A stretch of DNA of 64,000 nt from Phoronis australis (GCA_002633005.1 NMRA01000232.1:233232-297231), one strand, 5' to 3'. Shown: positions 1 to 13,935, counted from the first letter of the stretch. Numbers and translations: made by a program. The notes: generated by a model from the sequence alone, not told the origin.

Positions 1-417
1 AATCTTGTTCATGAGTTTACGTTAAGAAAATGAAAATGACACACCTCTTAAAATTTCTGTTGTCCACAAGATTTCGCAACCTGTTGACCGTCAGGGTATT
101 AATGCTGGGGTTTTAAATCTCTGAATGAGGGGCCATAAGGCGTGGCTGGGTACTGTTAGCAGACTTGATTGAAACTATAAGAGATTGCGGACGACTGGGA
201 AACAGTCGTGCGTTGTCTCATCTTGCAATATCAAAATGATTTCTTCCCAAACTGGAATGGATGCTGTTAACGTGATTTGTGTTTTCTGTAGACTTTTAAT
301 TTCGTTAGTCAAATCTTCAAACACTGTCTTCCATGTAGTTGAGTCATATTCTCTCGGAAGCTCGTACTGCATACGGGTCTGAAAAGTTTTGGTATGAATA
401 ATGTTTCTGGTCCACAG

Positions 418-3400
418 TGGTGCCCCACGTCACGGACGCTATTCAGGAGTGGGTGGAGAGGGTTGCTAAGATACCAGTGGATGGTGACGCTGAGGAACCG
501 GATGTCTGTATTGTGGAGGTGGGTAGACTGTTGTAATTGTGTGTGAAATGACTTATGATTAGTACATAAGGGATTCACTATCAATATTCAGCAATGTAGT
601 GGAAAAACTGCGCGCACGTCAAGTGCTGGTCACATCACGTGACTTATAGTTAAGTCTGAAAAGATCTCTGTCCCGACGGGGATTTGAACCTGATGGTCTA
701 CTAACTATGCTCTATAGTTGTCACATCATGTAAAATGCATATTTCAAGACCAGTGTTGCTTGTGTATGACCTACCAAGTAAACTGATAAAGCAAATTTAT
801 CATGCAATAAGCATAGAAGTGATTGTATCTAGACACTGGTTGTTGTCCAATGGGTCATAGATGTGACTGTATCTAGACACTGGTTGTTGCCCAGTGGGTC
901 ATAGATGTGACTGTACCTAGGCACTGGTTGTTGTACAATGGGTCATAGATGTGACTACACATTGGTTGTTATACAATGGGTTATTTTACTCCAGCTTGGA
1001 GGCACCATTGGTGACATAGAAGGGATGCACTTTGTGGAGGCGTTCCGACAGTTCCAGTTCCGTGTTGGTCGTGAAAACTTCTGCTGTGTTCACGTGACCC
1101 TCGTTCCAGAACCAAAGACAACGGGAGAACAAAAGACAAAGCCAACACAGTCCAGTGTCCGTGAGCTTAGAGGACTTGGGCTCTCACCTGATCTGGTATA
1201 GTTATTGGACTATGACTCGGTCCAGCAAACTGACTATAGCTGCTTCGTTTTATTTAAAAACTTCAGAAGACTGATTTTTAAACAAAATGTTTAATAAAAA
1301 TTTGCTCCCAAATAATGTTCATTCGACACGACTTCACTTTTTTAAAACAGAATTTGCTCTAGAATTTTAAATTTGGTTTTTGAATTTCTCTTGGTTCATG
1401 GCTGAAGTGAATGACGCCTATCTTCAGTTTGAAAACTTTAAAGTTTAACTTGGTGCCTACAGTGTTGCAATTTGCTGTGATATCTTTCAAAAATTTGATC
1501 TGGCTACAAAATAAAGTTCCAGTTTCGCCATATTGCACTCTAATTTGAAAAAATCTAGTATTGTGTTGTAATGCAAGTCAGCGCCTATAGAGAAATCGCC
1601 CACTTCAATAGGAGACCTTGACTTCAAAGTTCAGTTGCTAAATTGTCCATTTCTGTTTCAGATTTTGGCTCGTAGTCCAACCGTATTGTCTTCTTCCGTG
1701 AAGGAGAAGATATCAAACTTCTGCCATGTTACCCCACAGCAGGTAAGTTGCTGAAGTTATGCCTGACTAAATTGCCATGATTTTCCACTTATTTTAGGCC
1801 AAAATATATTCAGTTTGCTGTGGCTAATTAGCACCTTCCTGTGAATAACGGAAGCTTAACCAAACATTGCTTGATAACATCTACATAGTGTTTTCTTAGT
1901 GTTTCTATTTGGAAAATTTTGGAAAAATTAAATTTGCTTGCAAAATCGTGTGCTGAACAGGTGAAGAATTATAGCATAACACTTAATAACTGGAGTGACC
2001 GTGGTGACTACAGACAGTCAACACGCATGTGCTTAGGTCCTTTACATACAGCAAACAACTTCAGGCTACCCATAAAGAGAAGATAGACAATTTACATTGT
2101 ACTCATAATCTACCAGCCAATACAGGACTTCAACTCAGACCTCTCTGGTTCTGGCGCACAGGCCAAACCACTGCGTTACACTCTCTTCCTCAGAACTCGA
2201 TTGGCTGCCTTTCCTCCTCTGTTACTTTTCCATCATTATGAAGTTATCCAAAATGTGTCGTATTCCTGTCCGTGTCACACTGCCTGGTCACAGCTCTGAG
2301 TCAGAATTGAACTCAATTTCAAAATCGATAAGTGATTGATTGTTGGCAGATTTCAACCAAATTTTGTCGAGGTCCATCAAGAATAGTGTTCCACTGTAGA
2401 ATGACAAAGGCTGTTACAATGCATCCCTTTCCCTGTAGGTGATTGGCGTGCATGATGTCTCCTCTCTGTACAGAGTGCCAAGCTTGTTGGAGGATCAGCA
2501 TGTCGTTGGCTTCTTACGTCACCGTTTACACTTGCCCATTCCTCAGCCCCACCCCAGAAAGTTGCTTCTCAAGTTTAAAGAGCTTGCCGACAGGTACACA
2601 GGTTTTAAGATAGCGTCTTGGTTTTGCAAACAGATATATTTGTTGCCAAAACATAGATCATTTGAATATTTGAAAAAGGGATTAATTTTTCTTACTTTTT
2701 TGTCAACTGCATACATTTAAACATGACTTAGAACCATTTCCTGCGAACATAAATAATCGAAGTGGTATTGTACTTATTTTTCATGCTTTTGATTGACGTA
2801 TGACAATGGCATGTTCAGCATTGTGTGTTACTTATCTGTCAATCAATGTTGTTTCCAAAAACAGTCACAAAGGCACATTTATGAATTGCTAACATGTTGC
2901 ATGGTTAGAGCTGAGTTTGGAATTTTGCTCAAGAAACTTCATGGTCAAATTACGTATTAAGTAAGCAACAGTTGTGATAAGAAATGCCAAAGTTAGTGGG
3001 AAACCGCTTAAGACTTGGATAATTGTCTTCAGGCGCAGGTGACTGTCGACTGTGGATGCTGCTCACTAATTTGTTGCATTACTTGTATGTCAGGTATGAC
3101 CGTCTGCTGAAGGAAGTGACCATAGCCCTGGTGGGGAAGTACACAAAGTTTGAGGATGCGTACGCCTCGGTCATTAAGTCCCTGAGACATGCTTCACTGG
3201 CCTGTAGCCATAAACTGAACCTCAGGGTAAGTATTCGTATTATTTGTAGTGAACGTAGTGTGAAAGTTGACAAGATGTAACCAAGTAGTGGTGGAAATAG
3301 CAGAAATTGGGGAACTGTGGAAAAAATGGTTGCTAGTTGTCTCAAAAATTAGTTGAAAACTGAATTTAAGTTGAAGGAACTTATTAGAAGCTGCCAATCA

Positions 3401-6400
3401 GCGTACTGAAGTAATTATTAGTTTTTAGAGTGCACGTGATTCAGTATGCTCCTATAATTGTTTTAACTGACTTCTTAATTTCTTTGTTGTTAAGGTCTTA
3501 CAAATATTTTGCGAGCAACTTGTTACAAAGTTATCTTTATCGCCTTGCTTTTTCGTTTCTACTGAAAGGTTTTGAAATTGGCGATCATGTTTTCTGAGCA
3601 ACCAATGCCCCTTAAGTAAGTTATATGCCCGATGATCTTACTGCTTCTCATGGGAGAGAAGAGTATGTGTTTTAAGTGAGAAAGTTGTCTGGCTTGCGTG
3701 TTACATGTTATTGTATGTGCAGCTTTTGTATAACAATTGTGACTTGTACAGTGTTGATGTGCTATCCTGATCAAATATCTGATCCTCCGTCTGAAAAAAT
3801 CTTGCACGTGAATGCTCATCGAATGTGTCACATTCTGACCCCAAATAAGACGGCAGATCAGCCTTCTTACTGAGAGAAGCCTTCACGTACTTTCCAGTAA
3901 CGTGGTGATCCCATTGATTGGACAGAACATTTAGTACTGGGCACATTGACGCTAATTTCTCATGAGATGTTAGATTGGAACCTTTAAGTGTCTGATGTGA
4001 CCTGTGGTTAGACGTTGTTTCTGTGTTCTTATGAAAAATTCAATGTTAGACTCCCGAGTCACGGTTGGGTAGCAGTTACTACGTGTCAAATCAATGAATG
4101 ATGATGAATTGTAAGGACTAGAAAATGTGACTGGTGTACACATAATGTTGTTATGTGTGGATATTCTGTTTTTGTTTCAGTGTATCGAGGCTGACGACCT
4201 TGAACCACAGACACAAGTGGAGGACCCAGTCAGATACCATGAGGCTTGGCAACAGTTGTGTGGCAGCGAGTGAGTAGTGTCGCTTTTCTGTGATAAGAGG
4301 TAGCAGACGTGCTGAACTTGATTTTGACATATTTATGTGTGTAGAAGTGCGACCAAATGACTTAAATATTCCAAAATTACAGTGTTCTCTGTTGCCCTCA
4401 GTTACTTAACAAAAGATTACAATTATCAATAGCAAAATAACTCTTTGAAAAGTTTGTTTTGTGCCAAAGCATTAGCTATAGATTGTATTTGTCTTGAATG
4501 TGAAAACATGGTGCTGTAATCTCTTTTGATAATAGAGCATGGAAAGTTGGGATCAGTGCCTGGGGTCTGGTCTGTGTATTCAAGATTTACTTTCTACTTT
4601 TGTGGGGACAGTTGTTTATTACTCTGTGATCGAGTACATTATGGTTTATGTGGATTGCTGTCTAAATCCTAATTTGTATTTATTACCTAAGCATTAATTC
4701 AAAACTTAATTTTAAGTTCTGCGTCAACTCCAAATCTTAACTTTTTACTAAAAATTATGTAGCTTGAATCTTTAGTCATCAAGTATAAACTTCAGCTAGA
4801 CACTCATCTATGTAAAACAATAATATACTCGAGCACACGTTATCTTGTTTGTTCTAAGGTAGAATGGAATTTATGATAAACAGTATAAAATTGAGTTGTT
4901 TTTGGGTATCAAGATTAGACCCTAGGGCTTTGTTTTATAAAAGCAAATGCTCTAAATCAACAGTTTTTCACAGGCGTGAGTTTTTAGCAGCTTCAACATT
5001 TCAAATTACTTGCTACCCAAAGACCGTGCCTTGTTATTGCAAAATGTTACTGATTGAGTTAGTTACGACTACTCACGCTAATTAATGAGTGTGTTGTTTG
5101 CCAGTGGAATCCTTGTTCCTGGAGGCTTTGGCGCTCGAGGCACAGAGGGAAAAATAATGGCTGCCAATTGGGCAAGGAAGACCAAGAAACCTTTCTTAGG
5201 TAAGAGTCTTGTCTTAAAGTCATTGCCTACCTGTGTTACTGAGGGCCACGTTTCTTTCATCATCTTTTGAAAAATTGATAGTCAGTACGTAAAACCATAT
5301 ATTTTCCAAATCCTTAGTAATCAGAGAACTCGATAATGTGAACAAAAGTGTTGCTCTAAATGTTTGCAATCACATGGTCATGTTTTTATGTAAAAAGTCA
5401 CAGTTTTCCATGGAGACTGCCATAATTTTCACAGGTCACACTTATTTCCTAAGAGGGTAATAAATTCTGTTTATTAGGTCTTTAGCTACAAAACGGTGTC
5501 TGGGATTTTTTGGTAAGGCCTTTGAACCCGAGATCTCGGCTTTCAAAAAACAAGTACTCGACTTTCCACGAAAAGTTTGGAGGTCTCGATTTTTGACATC
5601 TGAGTTCTTGGGATTGAAGGCCTTAAAAATCCCAAATACTCTTTTTTAGCTAATAGACCAAATAAACAGAATTTACTTCCCTCTTGGGATAAATGAGACC
5701 TGTGGAAATTATGGTGGTCTCCATAAAAAATTGATTTTTTACGAAGAAAACATGGTCATGTGATTGCAAACGTTGTAGCAACACTTTCGTTCACACTATC
5801 GACTTCCTTGATTAACAATGATTTGAAAACTATGTTGTTTCACGTACTTACAATCAACATTTGAAAAGATATTCAATGAAATGTGGCCCTCGGAAACGAA
5901 GGTAAGCAGTGACCTTACCAGGGAAATTATTTTTAGGGATACTTCAAAGCATCACATCTCAGAAGTGACTGACTGGGTTCGTATGAAACTTTCAGATGCT
6001 TTGCTTCGTGCACTGTTTTCCAAGACACTGCGAGGAATTGCTTTTATAATGTGCCACTTTTGCATGAAGGACTGTCAAAAATACAAGGCTTGGACTTTTT
6101 CTCTTTTATTTCCCCTTCTTTTACTTCAATTTCGTCTTTAATATTTGATTTCCAGTTTTTGTGTTTTTTATCATTATTTTGACTTTATACTTGCAAAAAC
6201 ATTTACTTCAGTTAAATTTTACAACACCAAAATCTTTCTATCACACAAGCCTAGTTATTAGTGGAACGATACATCACCTGGAAAATTTTCCACTTTTTGT
6301 CATTGGTCATTCCATGCCCTAAGAATAGAATTTTTGTGGAAAAATTCATAAGTTGCATAAAATGAAGACGCAGAGATAATTTAGAAAACTGTAAATGTTT

Positions 6401-9400
6401 TTGAGATTTCATCATGAACATTTATATCAAATGAGATTTGGTCATGTTATTGATACCGTTGTTTTCCAGTGAATGTACCTATTTTTAAATGGGCACAGTT
6501 GCTGCATAGCAACAATGACGTTGTATTATCGCGCACCACACTGCTCTTGTTGAATAATTTACTTGTGACCTCATGCAACAATGCAAAATTATCCAGCGAA
6601 TAAGTTTCAGAGTTTTATACAGCCCAGTCCTGGTTGTTTGCTTGCTTTATTATAGAACAGAAGGCTAGTTCTTGTCTCATCATGCGTGTCCGTATGGCAA
6701 TACTCTGCTTCTGTTGGTTTTTACGCGAACGCTTGACACGTGTAGAGCCTTTCTTAATACTGACTTCAAAAATTGATTGAAAATACAACCGTGACGATGG
6801 ACCCTGTTCAAGAACAATTCTTTGTCTCTTTTGAGATGCTGGATTAACTTCTTCAAAAACAATCCTCCTGTTCATTATCATAAAGAAGTTGGTAGTCGAC
6901 ATATGTATGTATTAGTGGCGGAAAGTTAAGTGAGCTATATTGTAACACCTGTCTCTTACATAATGTCTGTTTGGCTCATCCTTCTCTGTTTTTATTACGC
7001 GTGCAAAGACAACTGCTTGTCTACACTGTGATACCATTTCTTTCATCTAGAAACATACAGATGCACTGTTCTGCACCACTTTTTATCATACATTTTATTG
7101 AGCTTTCAACTGCTCGCAATTTGTGGAATGTCCGTTGTCCACGCCTTCTGTTGGCTGAAGATGTAGATGTACACTAAGTTTTCATTCATTGGTTTCATTC
7201 TGTTTGGATGACTAGCATCCCATAATGCATTGTAATGTGATGTACCTCTCTATATGCAAAAAGGTTGTTGGCAGCAAGGTGTCCTAATTTTTGGAATTCA
7301 ATGTTGAAAAGGTGACTGGGCCAACAAGATCATTCAGAGTTTTTTTGATAAAGCTGATTAACGTTAGTTATAACTTGACTATTTCCCAAACTAACTGAGC
7401 AGTGGTTAGAAATGGGGCAAGGAAGTTGAAGCTTAGAATTAAATATCAAGTTAGGGTACAGCTCTGTTGCGCTTGGCCTAGCTTTGCTAAATTTTGCGAA
7501 GTAATGCCAGGCAAGTGGTAGATTGTACCGCATGATGAAAGCACTTGATATCTTTCACGTTACAAGTGCAGAGAATTAGCGATCATCTGATTATCATTCG
7601 ATCTGCCTCAAGTGTTAGAAATTGCAAGGTATTTAGAGGTAATCAAATTTTGTCAGAAGACACAAACAGTTAATTTTGACAGATTTCTAATTGATTTAAG
7701 CATGCATTGATAAGATATTTTCCCTTTCACTGGACTCAGTACTGTATAAACCTCTGTGTGTATGTTCCTTATGTCACCAAGACACTTTTTGGACAATGTA
7801 AGGTGTGTTGCAGGTATATGTTTAGGGCTGCAGTGTGCTGTCATCGAGTTCTCCAGAAATGTTATTGGTCTACAGGATGCCCACTCCACAGAGTTCAACC
7901 CGGCTACGAAACATCCCGTGGTATGGCTCACTATTATACGTAGCTTTCAAAAAATGGACATCATTGAAATTGGATGCACAGGATTGCTACCTAAATACAA
8001 ATTTTTTGTTAAAGAATCCATTTCAATTCAGTCTTATCAGGTGTTGCTCCTTGCTCTCTGTAGATAATGTGACAATTTAGACAATTTAATCCATTCACAA
8101 ATAATTAGTGCAATTTTAATGCTTAAAAAGTTTTTCTGAACTGCCAACTAATTTTGGCTAAACGTTCGCTCCAGTTCAACAGTCTGACAGAGCTCTAGTG
8201 AATTTTCTAGTTTATTTTAAAAACTATTCTTTAGTAGAGTACGATCAATTTTGGGAATTTTTAAGTAATTGAAAATTAGAAAAATCTTGATGCATTACGG
8301 TGCACATAAAAGCTATTTGTAATTCTTAAATGAAAAGTTTCACTGGCATCCAAAAGAGTAATACTTGTGGTGTCAACATTTCAAAAACTAAACTTTAGTT
8401 AGTCTTCCTTTTTCTTACACAAGGTGCAAAATTGCTCTGTCCATTGTATTTCTAATATTGGAGACTATAGCCTAAATGAGATTAGAAACAATTACACGTT
8501 GCAAAATAACAGCAGGTCATTTTTCAAAAGCGCGATTATGTGATTTATACTTGAAACATTACAGTTTGTCATACTCTGGACTTGATTTTGTCTTGATTCT
8601 ATCCGGATAGTGTACATTTTGTGATAGGTGATTGAGATGCCGGAACATAACCCCGGAATCATGGGAGGGACTATGAGACTTGGACAGAGGCGGACAATAT
8701 TCCACAATGAAATGTCAGTACTTAGTAAGTAGTGCTATCACCTTGACTTGTTAAGTATGGATCTGGGCCCAGGGTTGCTTTTACTTATATAGTCGTCTTT
8801 CTGACTTGCAGTGATATGCGAGAACCAAGTCGGTGGTCTGGCTACGAATTTGTGACTGTTCAGAAAATGTTATTTTTGACTGTAGGTTTAGTAAATGCTG
8901 CAGTAAAATTTGCATTTGATGTTCTCAAGTCATTGCAGAGTCAACAAGATAAGAATTTGAAGATGTGAAAGTTTCATTTCTCGAGTTTGCTCCCTGAGTG
9001 AGATTGTTACAGTGTTTCAATCATTGACTAACTCTGTTGGAGTTAAATGGTCTTCAGATTGCATTGACTTCTTGTTCTTGGGCGAAATTTCCCAAACTCT
9101 CACATGGCTTTGGAGAATACAGGGGAGAACTTTCTAGGTTGACTTGTCCAAATTATGCGCAACATTGCCTCGAATGGAGATTAGTAAATTGAGCTTTGCT
9201 CTTTAGACCTTTTATGGTGTAAAATATACTTTGTTTTGTTAGAGTTGATTTGACCACAGAAGGTTCTGTAGCCTTGTTGAGTAAACTGTTGTGAACAGGA
9301 CACTGCGAATTCAAAGTGACACTGTGGGTGTTGCATTTTACTTGAATAAGTGAAGGGACATAGTTTCAATATCTGCTTTAAACTGTTAGTCACTTTTTTA

Positions 9401-12381
9401 AAACAATGGGAACGCAAAAATATTCTCACACTCATGTATAATTGACAAACATGACACTGCCTGAAAGCTGTTTACCAGTTGATGAGTGAAATTTGACACA
9501 AGTTGTAGATGCTTATACTGTTCAAGACATTTGGACGAGACAACCTTCAAGTGTGTTAATATAGTCATTCTTATTTAGTTACCTGTTTGAAATCGTCTTC
9601 AAAAGTTTGGCTTATTTTTTAATTTTACAGAGAAGTTATACGGAGGAAAAGATCATGTTGATGAGAGACACCGACATCGTTATGAGGTGAGTTTCAGCGC
9701 TATCTTGTGTATGTTGTACTGTGTTGTATTGTGTTGCACTGTGTTGTACTCTGTTGCCTCTCGTTTAGTTCAGACATGTTCTCACACAAATGTGTAGAGT
9801 CATGTTAACGGTGAACATCAGACTACTGCATTTTCAAGATTCAATTTGTTTTCAAATTTGTCGAGACAATTTTTTTCTTGCTTTTCGATTATTATGAAGT
9901 TTGACATAAGTTTTCAGTACCTGTTGCTGTATTCAGGGCTTGGAATTTTCTGTGGAAACGCGGATTTCCGCATTTTTTCAAATGTTCTGTCCGCGTATTT
10001 TATTATATTTCGGCGTAAAAAAATTGGATTTGATATAGAATTTCCGATGCAAATTTCTTTCTTACCACGGCATTGTCGACGTCTTTCACCTCGAAAAGCG
10101 GAAGTTGCTCTTTATGTTTCGGAGGAACGTAAATTGTCATCGTTGCTGGGGCACCTGGGATAGGGTGGTTTTCTTCAATGGCGTCTCGTGAGATTGTATA
10201 TTGTGGTGACAAATACTACGACTCTGTAGCCAAAAATGTGTGGATGTGTTGAGGCGGGAGGCAGACGCACGCTTCTGGAGGTGGTACCTTTTTTTTAGTC
10301 CTCCCGATGTTTTGTCGGCAAAAGGGTCCACATTGACAAAAATACCCATTTTCAAGGCTGGGTGCACGCCGTAAAAATTTCCACTTGATTTGTTATGGGT
10401 CATTCCAAGCCCTGTGTATTTCAATTCACTGTGGGTGTTATATGTGTCTTAAAAACTATTGTGTTATTGTATTCTATACTTTCAAATCAGACAATGAACT
10501 GCAAGTCTGTTGCAACCAGTAGTGTATGTTGTGTTGAAAAACAATCTTTTTCACAACCTAACTCTGTGAGAAGACCACAGTTGTGAGCTGTTGTCAAATT
10601 CTCTATCTGGTAAATAGATATGACATATTACACCTCTGTACAGGAGTAGAGATCATATTGTTTTCTTTCCATCCAGGTAAACCCTGAATATATAGGTAAA
10701 CTGGAGGAGAAGGGGCTCATGTTTGTTGGTAAAGATGAAACGGGGCAAAGGATGGAGATAATGGAACTGAGAGGTAACTGTAACATAGTGTTAAGGAGAA
10801 ATCAGTGTGAGAAGATTTCATACCGGGAATGTCCAAAAATAGTCCCATCCAAGAGTATGCCCATGAACATATTTTCAGAAAATTTTTCAGAAGTACACCC
10901 TTGCACATATTCTCGATAACTTTTTGCTTGTTTTGTAAATCTCATGGATTGGTTTAAAATACGTAACTTGTTCTGATGTAAAATGTTGTTTATCTTAACA
11001 AAACATAGCGAATTCATTCAAACATCTATCATGTAACGAGGTATTGGGGGACTTTGGTGTTAACTAATCGTATTAGCACATTAGGACATTTTAATGAACT
11101 GTGTTTGCTGAATGCGCAGTAAGTATGGACAGATAAAATTCTTACTAAGTCTGCTAAGTGAGACAGCTGCATACATTGAACAGGATGTGTTTGTTTTAAC
11201 AAATGTCAGTTTAATAATTAATGGTTATTATTTTCTTTAAAACTGTATCATAAAATGTTGGGACACATTTTCAAAAAATATGCCTTCTTTCCGAAAATAT
11301 GCCCGAGACCTAGAATCAAGTCTGAAAAGTTCTCTGTTCTTTACTTGGCCTTGTACTCGGGACTTTTTGCTAACCATGCAGATGGGACTATCTGTCGATT
11401 ACATAAATCCAGACTTTTTGGAGGCATCTTGCCTTAACTTGGGAGTACATATACAATTACGCTGTTATAACTCAGCCGGCTGATATGTTGTAAGTAAGAA
11501 TTATTAGTCGTCACTGACCTATTGCAGCCACTGGTTGATCACGTGATATGACCAGCATATGGTGTGTAACAAGACTAATAATTCTAACGTATTCCTGAGA
11601 GGTGGTTTGAATGCTTTGTTATAAACAGAACTAATAAAAGCAATTCTTCAAGTCAAATGTGCGATGCTGTGAACAAATGACACACTCAGATGAGTTTGAA
11701 CACTGTCAGACCGGCTGAATCACTGTTATATTAATTTTATTTCCCATTTCTGGAATCTAGTCCTTGTTCATGTCAAATGACAATTTGTTATGTAATGGAG
11801 CTGTAGCTGTCTCAGTCGTTAAGTGCAAGTATCAGAACTAAGAGTGAGGGATGCAGCTTACTTACACCACTTGGTGTTTTCAGAACTTGCACTGTGGTAA
11901 TCTTCAGGTTTAGGGAATTGTTATTTTTGTACATTTTTGTAGATATCTACTAAAAAGTTTCAAAATCCCATTATGTGAAATAATAAAATTGACTGAACAA
12001 GCCTTCACTAAGGCAATAGTCCCCTTTGATGCTGGTTCTTTCATATTTACAAATTCGACACATATTTCCCGTGAACCCTAATTATTTTATATTTCTCCTC
12101 TGATGCATTAATTTAATTCTGTATTTCTCATTTCTCATCATCTTGCAGATCACCCCTACTATGTTGCCGTTCAATATCACCCAGAGTACATCTCTCGTCC
12201 ACTGAAACCATCTCCTCCGTACTTGGGTCTGCTGCTTGCCTCCTGTAACAAGCTGGACACCTACATCAACAGGGGGTGTCGATTATCACCCCGCAGTCTC
12301 GCTCACATAGAGTCAGAATCATCTGATGAAGAAATATCAGCAGTTCTCAGTAACGCGAGCATCGAGCAAACAGATAGCTAG
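418..12381 (+). CDS. CTPS: CTP synthase, 5'-truncated by window edge; exons 418-518, 995-1195, 1662-1742, 2439-2593, 3094-3226, 4181-4269, 5105-5199, 7814-7920, 8628-8724, 9631-9686, 10677-10773, 12149-12381
   Basis: All 12 exons have AG/GT boundaries with compatible phases. Translation gives [46 protein letters not shown], the glutaminase nucleophile [24 protein letters not shown] and the QYHPE His/Glu motif, ending at TAG 12379-12381. Colinear with animal CTPS1/2 as recalled. Confidence 0.97.
661..716 (-). mobile_element. tRNA-derived SINE-like fragment
   Basis: Minus strand has B box GGTTCAAATCC with an A-box-like segment upstream; too short and degenerate for a cloverleaf. Confidence 0.4.
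812..981. repeat. Minisatellite, ~3.9 copies of a 44-bp unit, abutting a CTPS splice acceptor
   Basis: Unit CATAGATGTGACTGTATCTAGACACTGGTTGTTGTCCAATGGGT repeated with few substitutions; last copy internally deleted. Confidence 0.9.
2110..2186 (-). mobile_element. tRNA-derived SINE-like head
   Basis: Minus strand TAACGCAGTGG (A-box-like) and GAGTTGAAGTCC (B-box-like) at tRNA-like spacing. Confidence 0.4.
5215..5917. mobile_element. ~700-bp foldback/MITE in a CTPS intron
   Basis: Ends TAAAGTCATTGCCTACC / GGTAAGCAGTGACCTTA. Diverged complementarity runs along ~340-bp arms (e.g. TTTGCAATCACATG/CATGTGATTGCAAA, TAAATTCTGTTTATT/AATAAACAGAATTTA). Confidence 0.85.
9934..10414. mobile_element. hAT-like MITE, 481 bp, 6-bp TSD
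   Basis: Perfect 13-bp TIR CAGGGCTTGGAAT / ATTCCAAGCCCTG with TGTATT on both sides (9928-9933, 10415-10420). Confidence 0.85.
10790..11438. mobile_element. Old TTAA-bounded inverted-repeat element
   Basis: GTTAAGG/CCTTAAC ends; patchy complementary blocks ATAGTCCCATC/GATGGGACTAT and CATATTTTC/GAAAATATG. Confidence 0.45.
11497..11585. repeat. 89-bp hairpin/mini-MITE
   Basis: 13-bp inverted repeat AGAATTATTAGTC / GACTAATAATTCT around a central ATCACGTGAT palindrome. Confidence 0.6.
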
Positions 12382-13935
12382 ACTTAAATTGTTTGGTTGT
12401 GGGATGCATAATGTGTTTTGTCCACCGTTTACTGAAGTAATTGCTGGCAAGGCTAGTATTCTTGTCTCGTGTTTTTCTGATTTTTTGCACTAATGAGAGT
12501 CAATAATACCGTCAAATGCTCGTATTACAATTCAGGGGAAGGTCTTCAAGTCATACAGGTATTGACTACTTATATCTTAGTTCCTCGCCACTAGGAGACA
12601 TATGTGCCCTAGTGTACAGTCAGTTTCACCATGTATTTACTCACCTCGTTGGGTAACGTGCGGCATTACCTGTGTTGTTTTGAGCAATATTTAGATTTGA
12701 GTGGAGTCGAAGAATTTATGTTAAACGAAACTAGATTGTTCACTGTATATTTTTCCTTCTGATAGACTTACTTCTTGTCTGGCCTCATGAATTTCATACA
12801 TCACTGATAAAATATTTTTCAGTATTTGTCAAGATTTTGGGTAATTTTTCAACATTCAGCTGGTATTGTGAAGCTAGTCGTATGAATGAAGGTTAATCAA
12901 TGTGATGTTGATTTCAAGAAATACTGCCAGTTAAAAAATTTAATGAAGTGATTCTGCAAACAATGTTTTTTATTGTTTCAGCAATGGTGAAATGAATGTG
13001 CATTACGAGCTAGTCAGTATTCAGAAGTACAAGTATTTTATGTAACTTAATGTTACGTGACTCAGTTTTTTAGTTTGGGTAGAGATTACCTACAAAACAA
13101 ACAGTCTGATAACAACTTGGTAAAAGATGATTTACACATTTCGTGATTTCATGATAGTCTCCCCTGACTTCAATGCATCTGTTTAGTCATTGCTCAAACC
13201 CATCATGCAGCTGGCTCTATCTTCAATTTATTTGTTCGGTCTGTTTCAAGTAGCACCACCTACTGGCAATTGATTTGGAAATCTTAGATATTTTCTGAGG
13301 TGGTATAAAAGTGTATTATGCAGTTACCTATAAAAATTCAAATTGCACCTCTGGTTTCAGGAGGTAACGAGTTTTTAGGTACCGTTGTCCATGCAGTCAC
13401 TGACATTTTTTCGTAAACTACCTCTGCTATTGCCCTTGGTATTGCTGCCTCAAATTGTGAATCTGCAGTTCCACAGCAATGGATGATTAATCCTTTTCAG
13501 TGCATCTGTCAAAGGAAGTGAATTTGTCGACGGGTTATGACGTCTTGACTTAAATTGTTGCTATTACAGTGAATCATGTTTGTGAACCTTTCTGAATAAT
13601 ATAGGAATTTCAATATTATTTTACTTGTCCATTGAGATTAGCACAAGTTTGGCAATCTGTAAATACAGAAAGCTCACATAAATTGTACATGCATAAGACA
13701 GATTTTTGCTCAACTCTGACTAAGTCCTGTGGACGGTTACACTAAATGCATTAGGTCCTTCATAAAAGTCAGATTTTGCCTTGTGAACAACAATCTCCGT
13801 GTCTGATTAAATCAAAGTTATTCAGGTTTCACTGTACATTGACGTGTACTGTAATCTTTATCAACAGTGCTTTTGTTTGTTCATTCCTAACTTATAATTT
13901 TTTCACTCGTGTGGGATGGGATTTTTACAAATGAC

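Noticed and set aside
661-716. tRNA gene (also 2110-2186)
   Set aside because: Only A/B-box remnants; no complete cloverleaf, so called SINE-like.
812-981. CRISPR-like periodicity (also at 14.6-15.3 kb and 30.6-30.7 kb)
   Set aside because: Head-to-tail repeats without unique spacers, in a eukaryotic context with no cas genes.
7528-7595. Possible intronic C/D snoRNA (ATGATGA at 7532, CTGA at 7587)
   Set aside because: No terminal stem, no clear C'/D' boxes and no rRNA complement I could recognise; snoscan would be needed.
11497-11585. Pre-miRNA
   Set aside because: Large internal loops and no match to a conserved miRNA I recognise; better explained as a mini-MITE.
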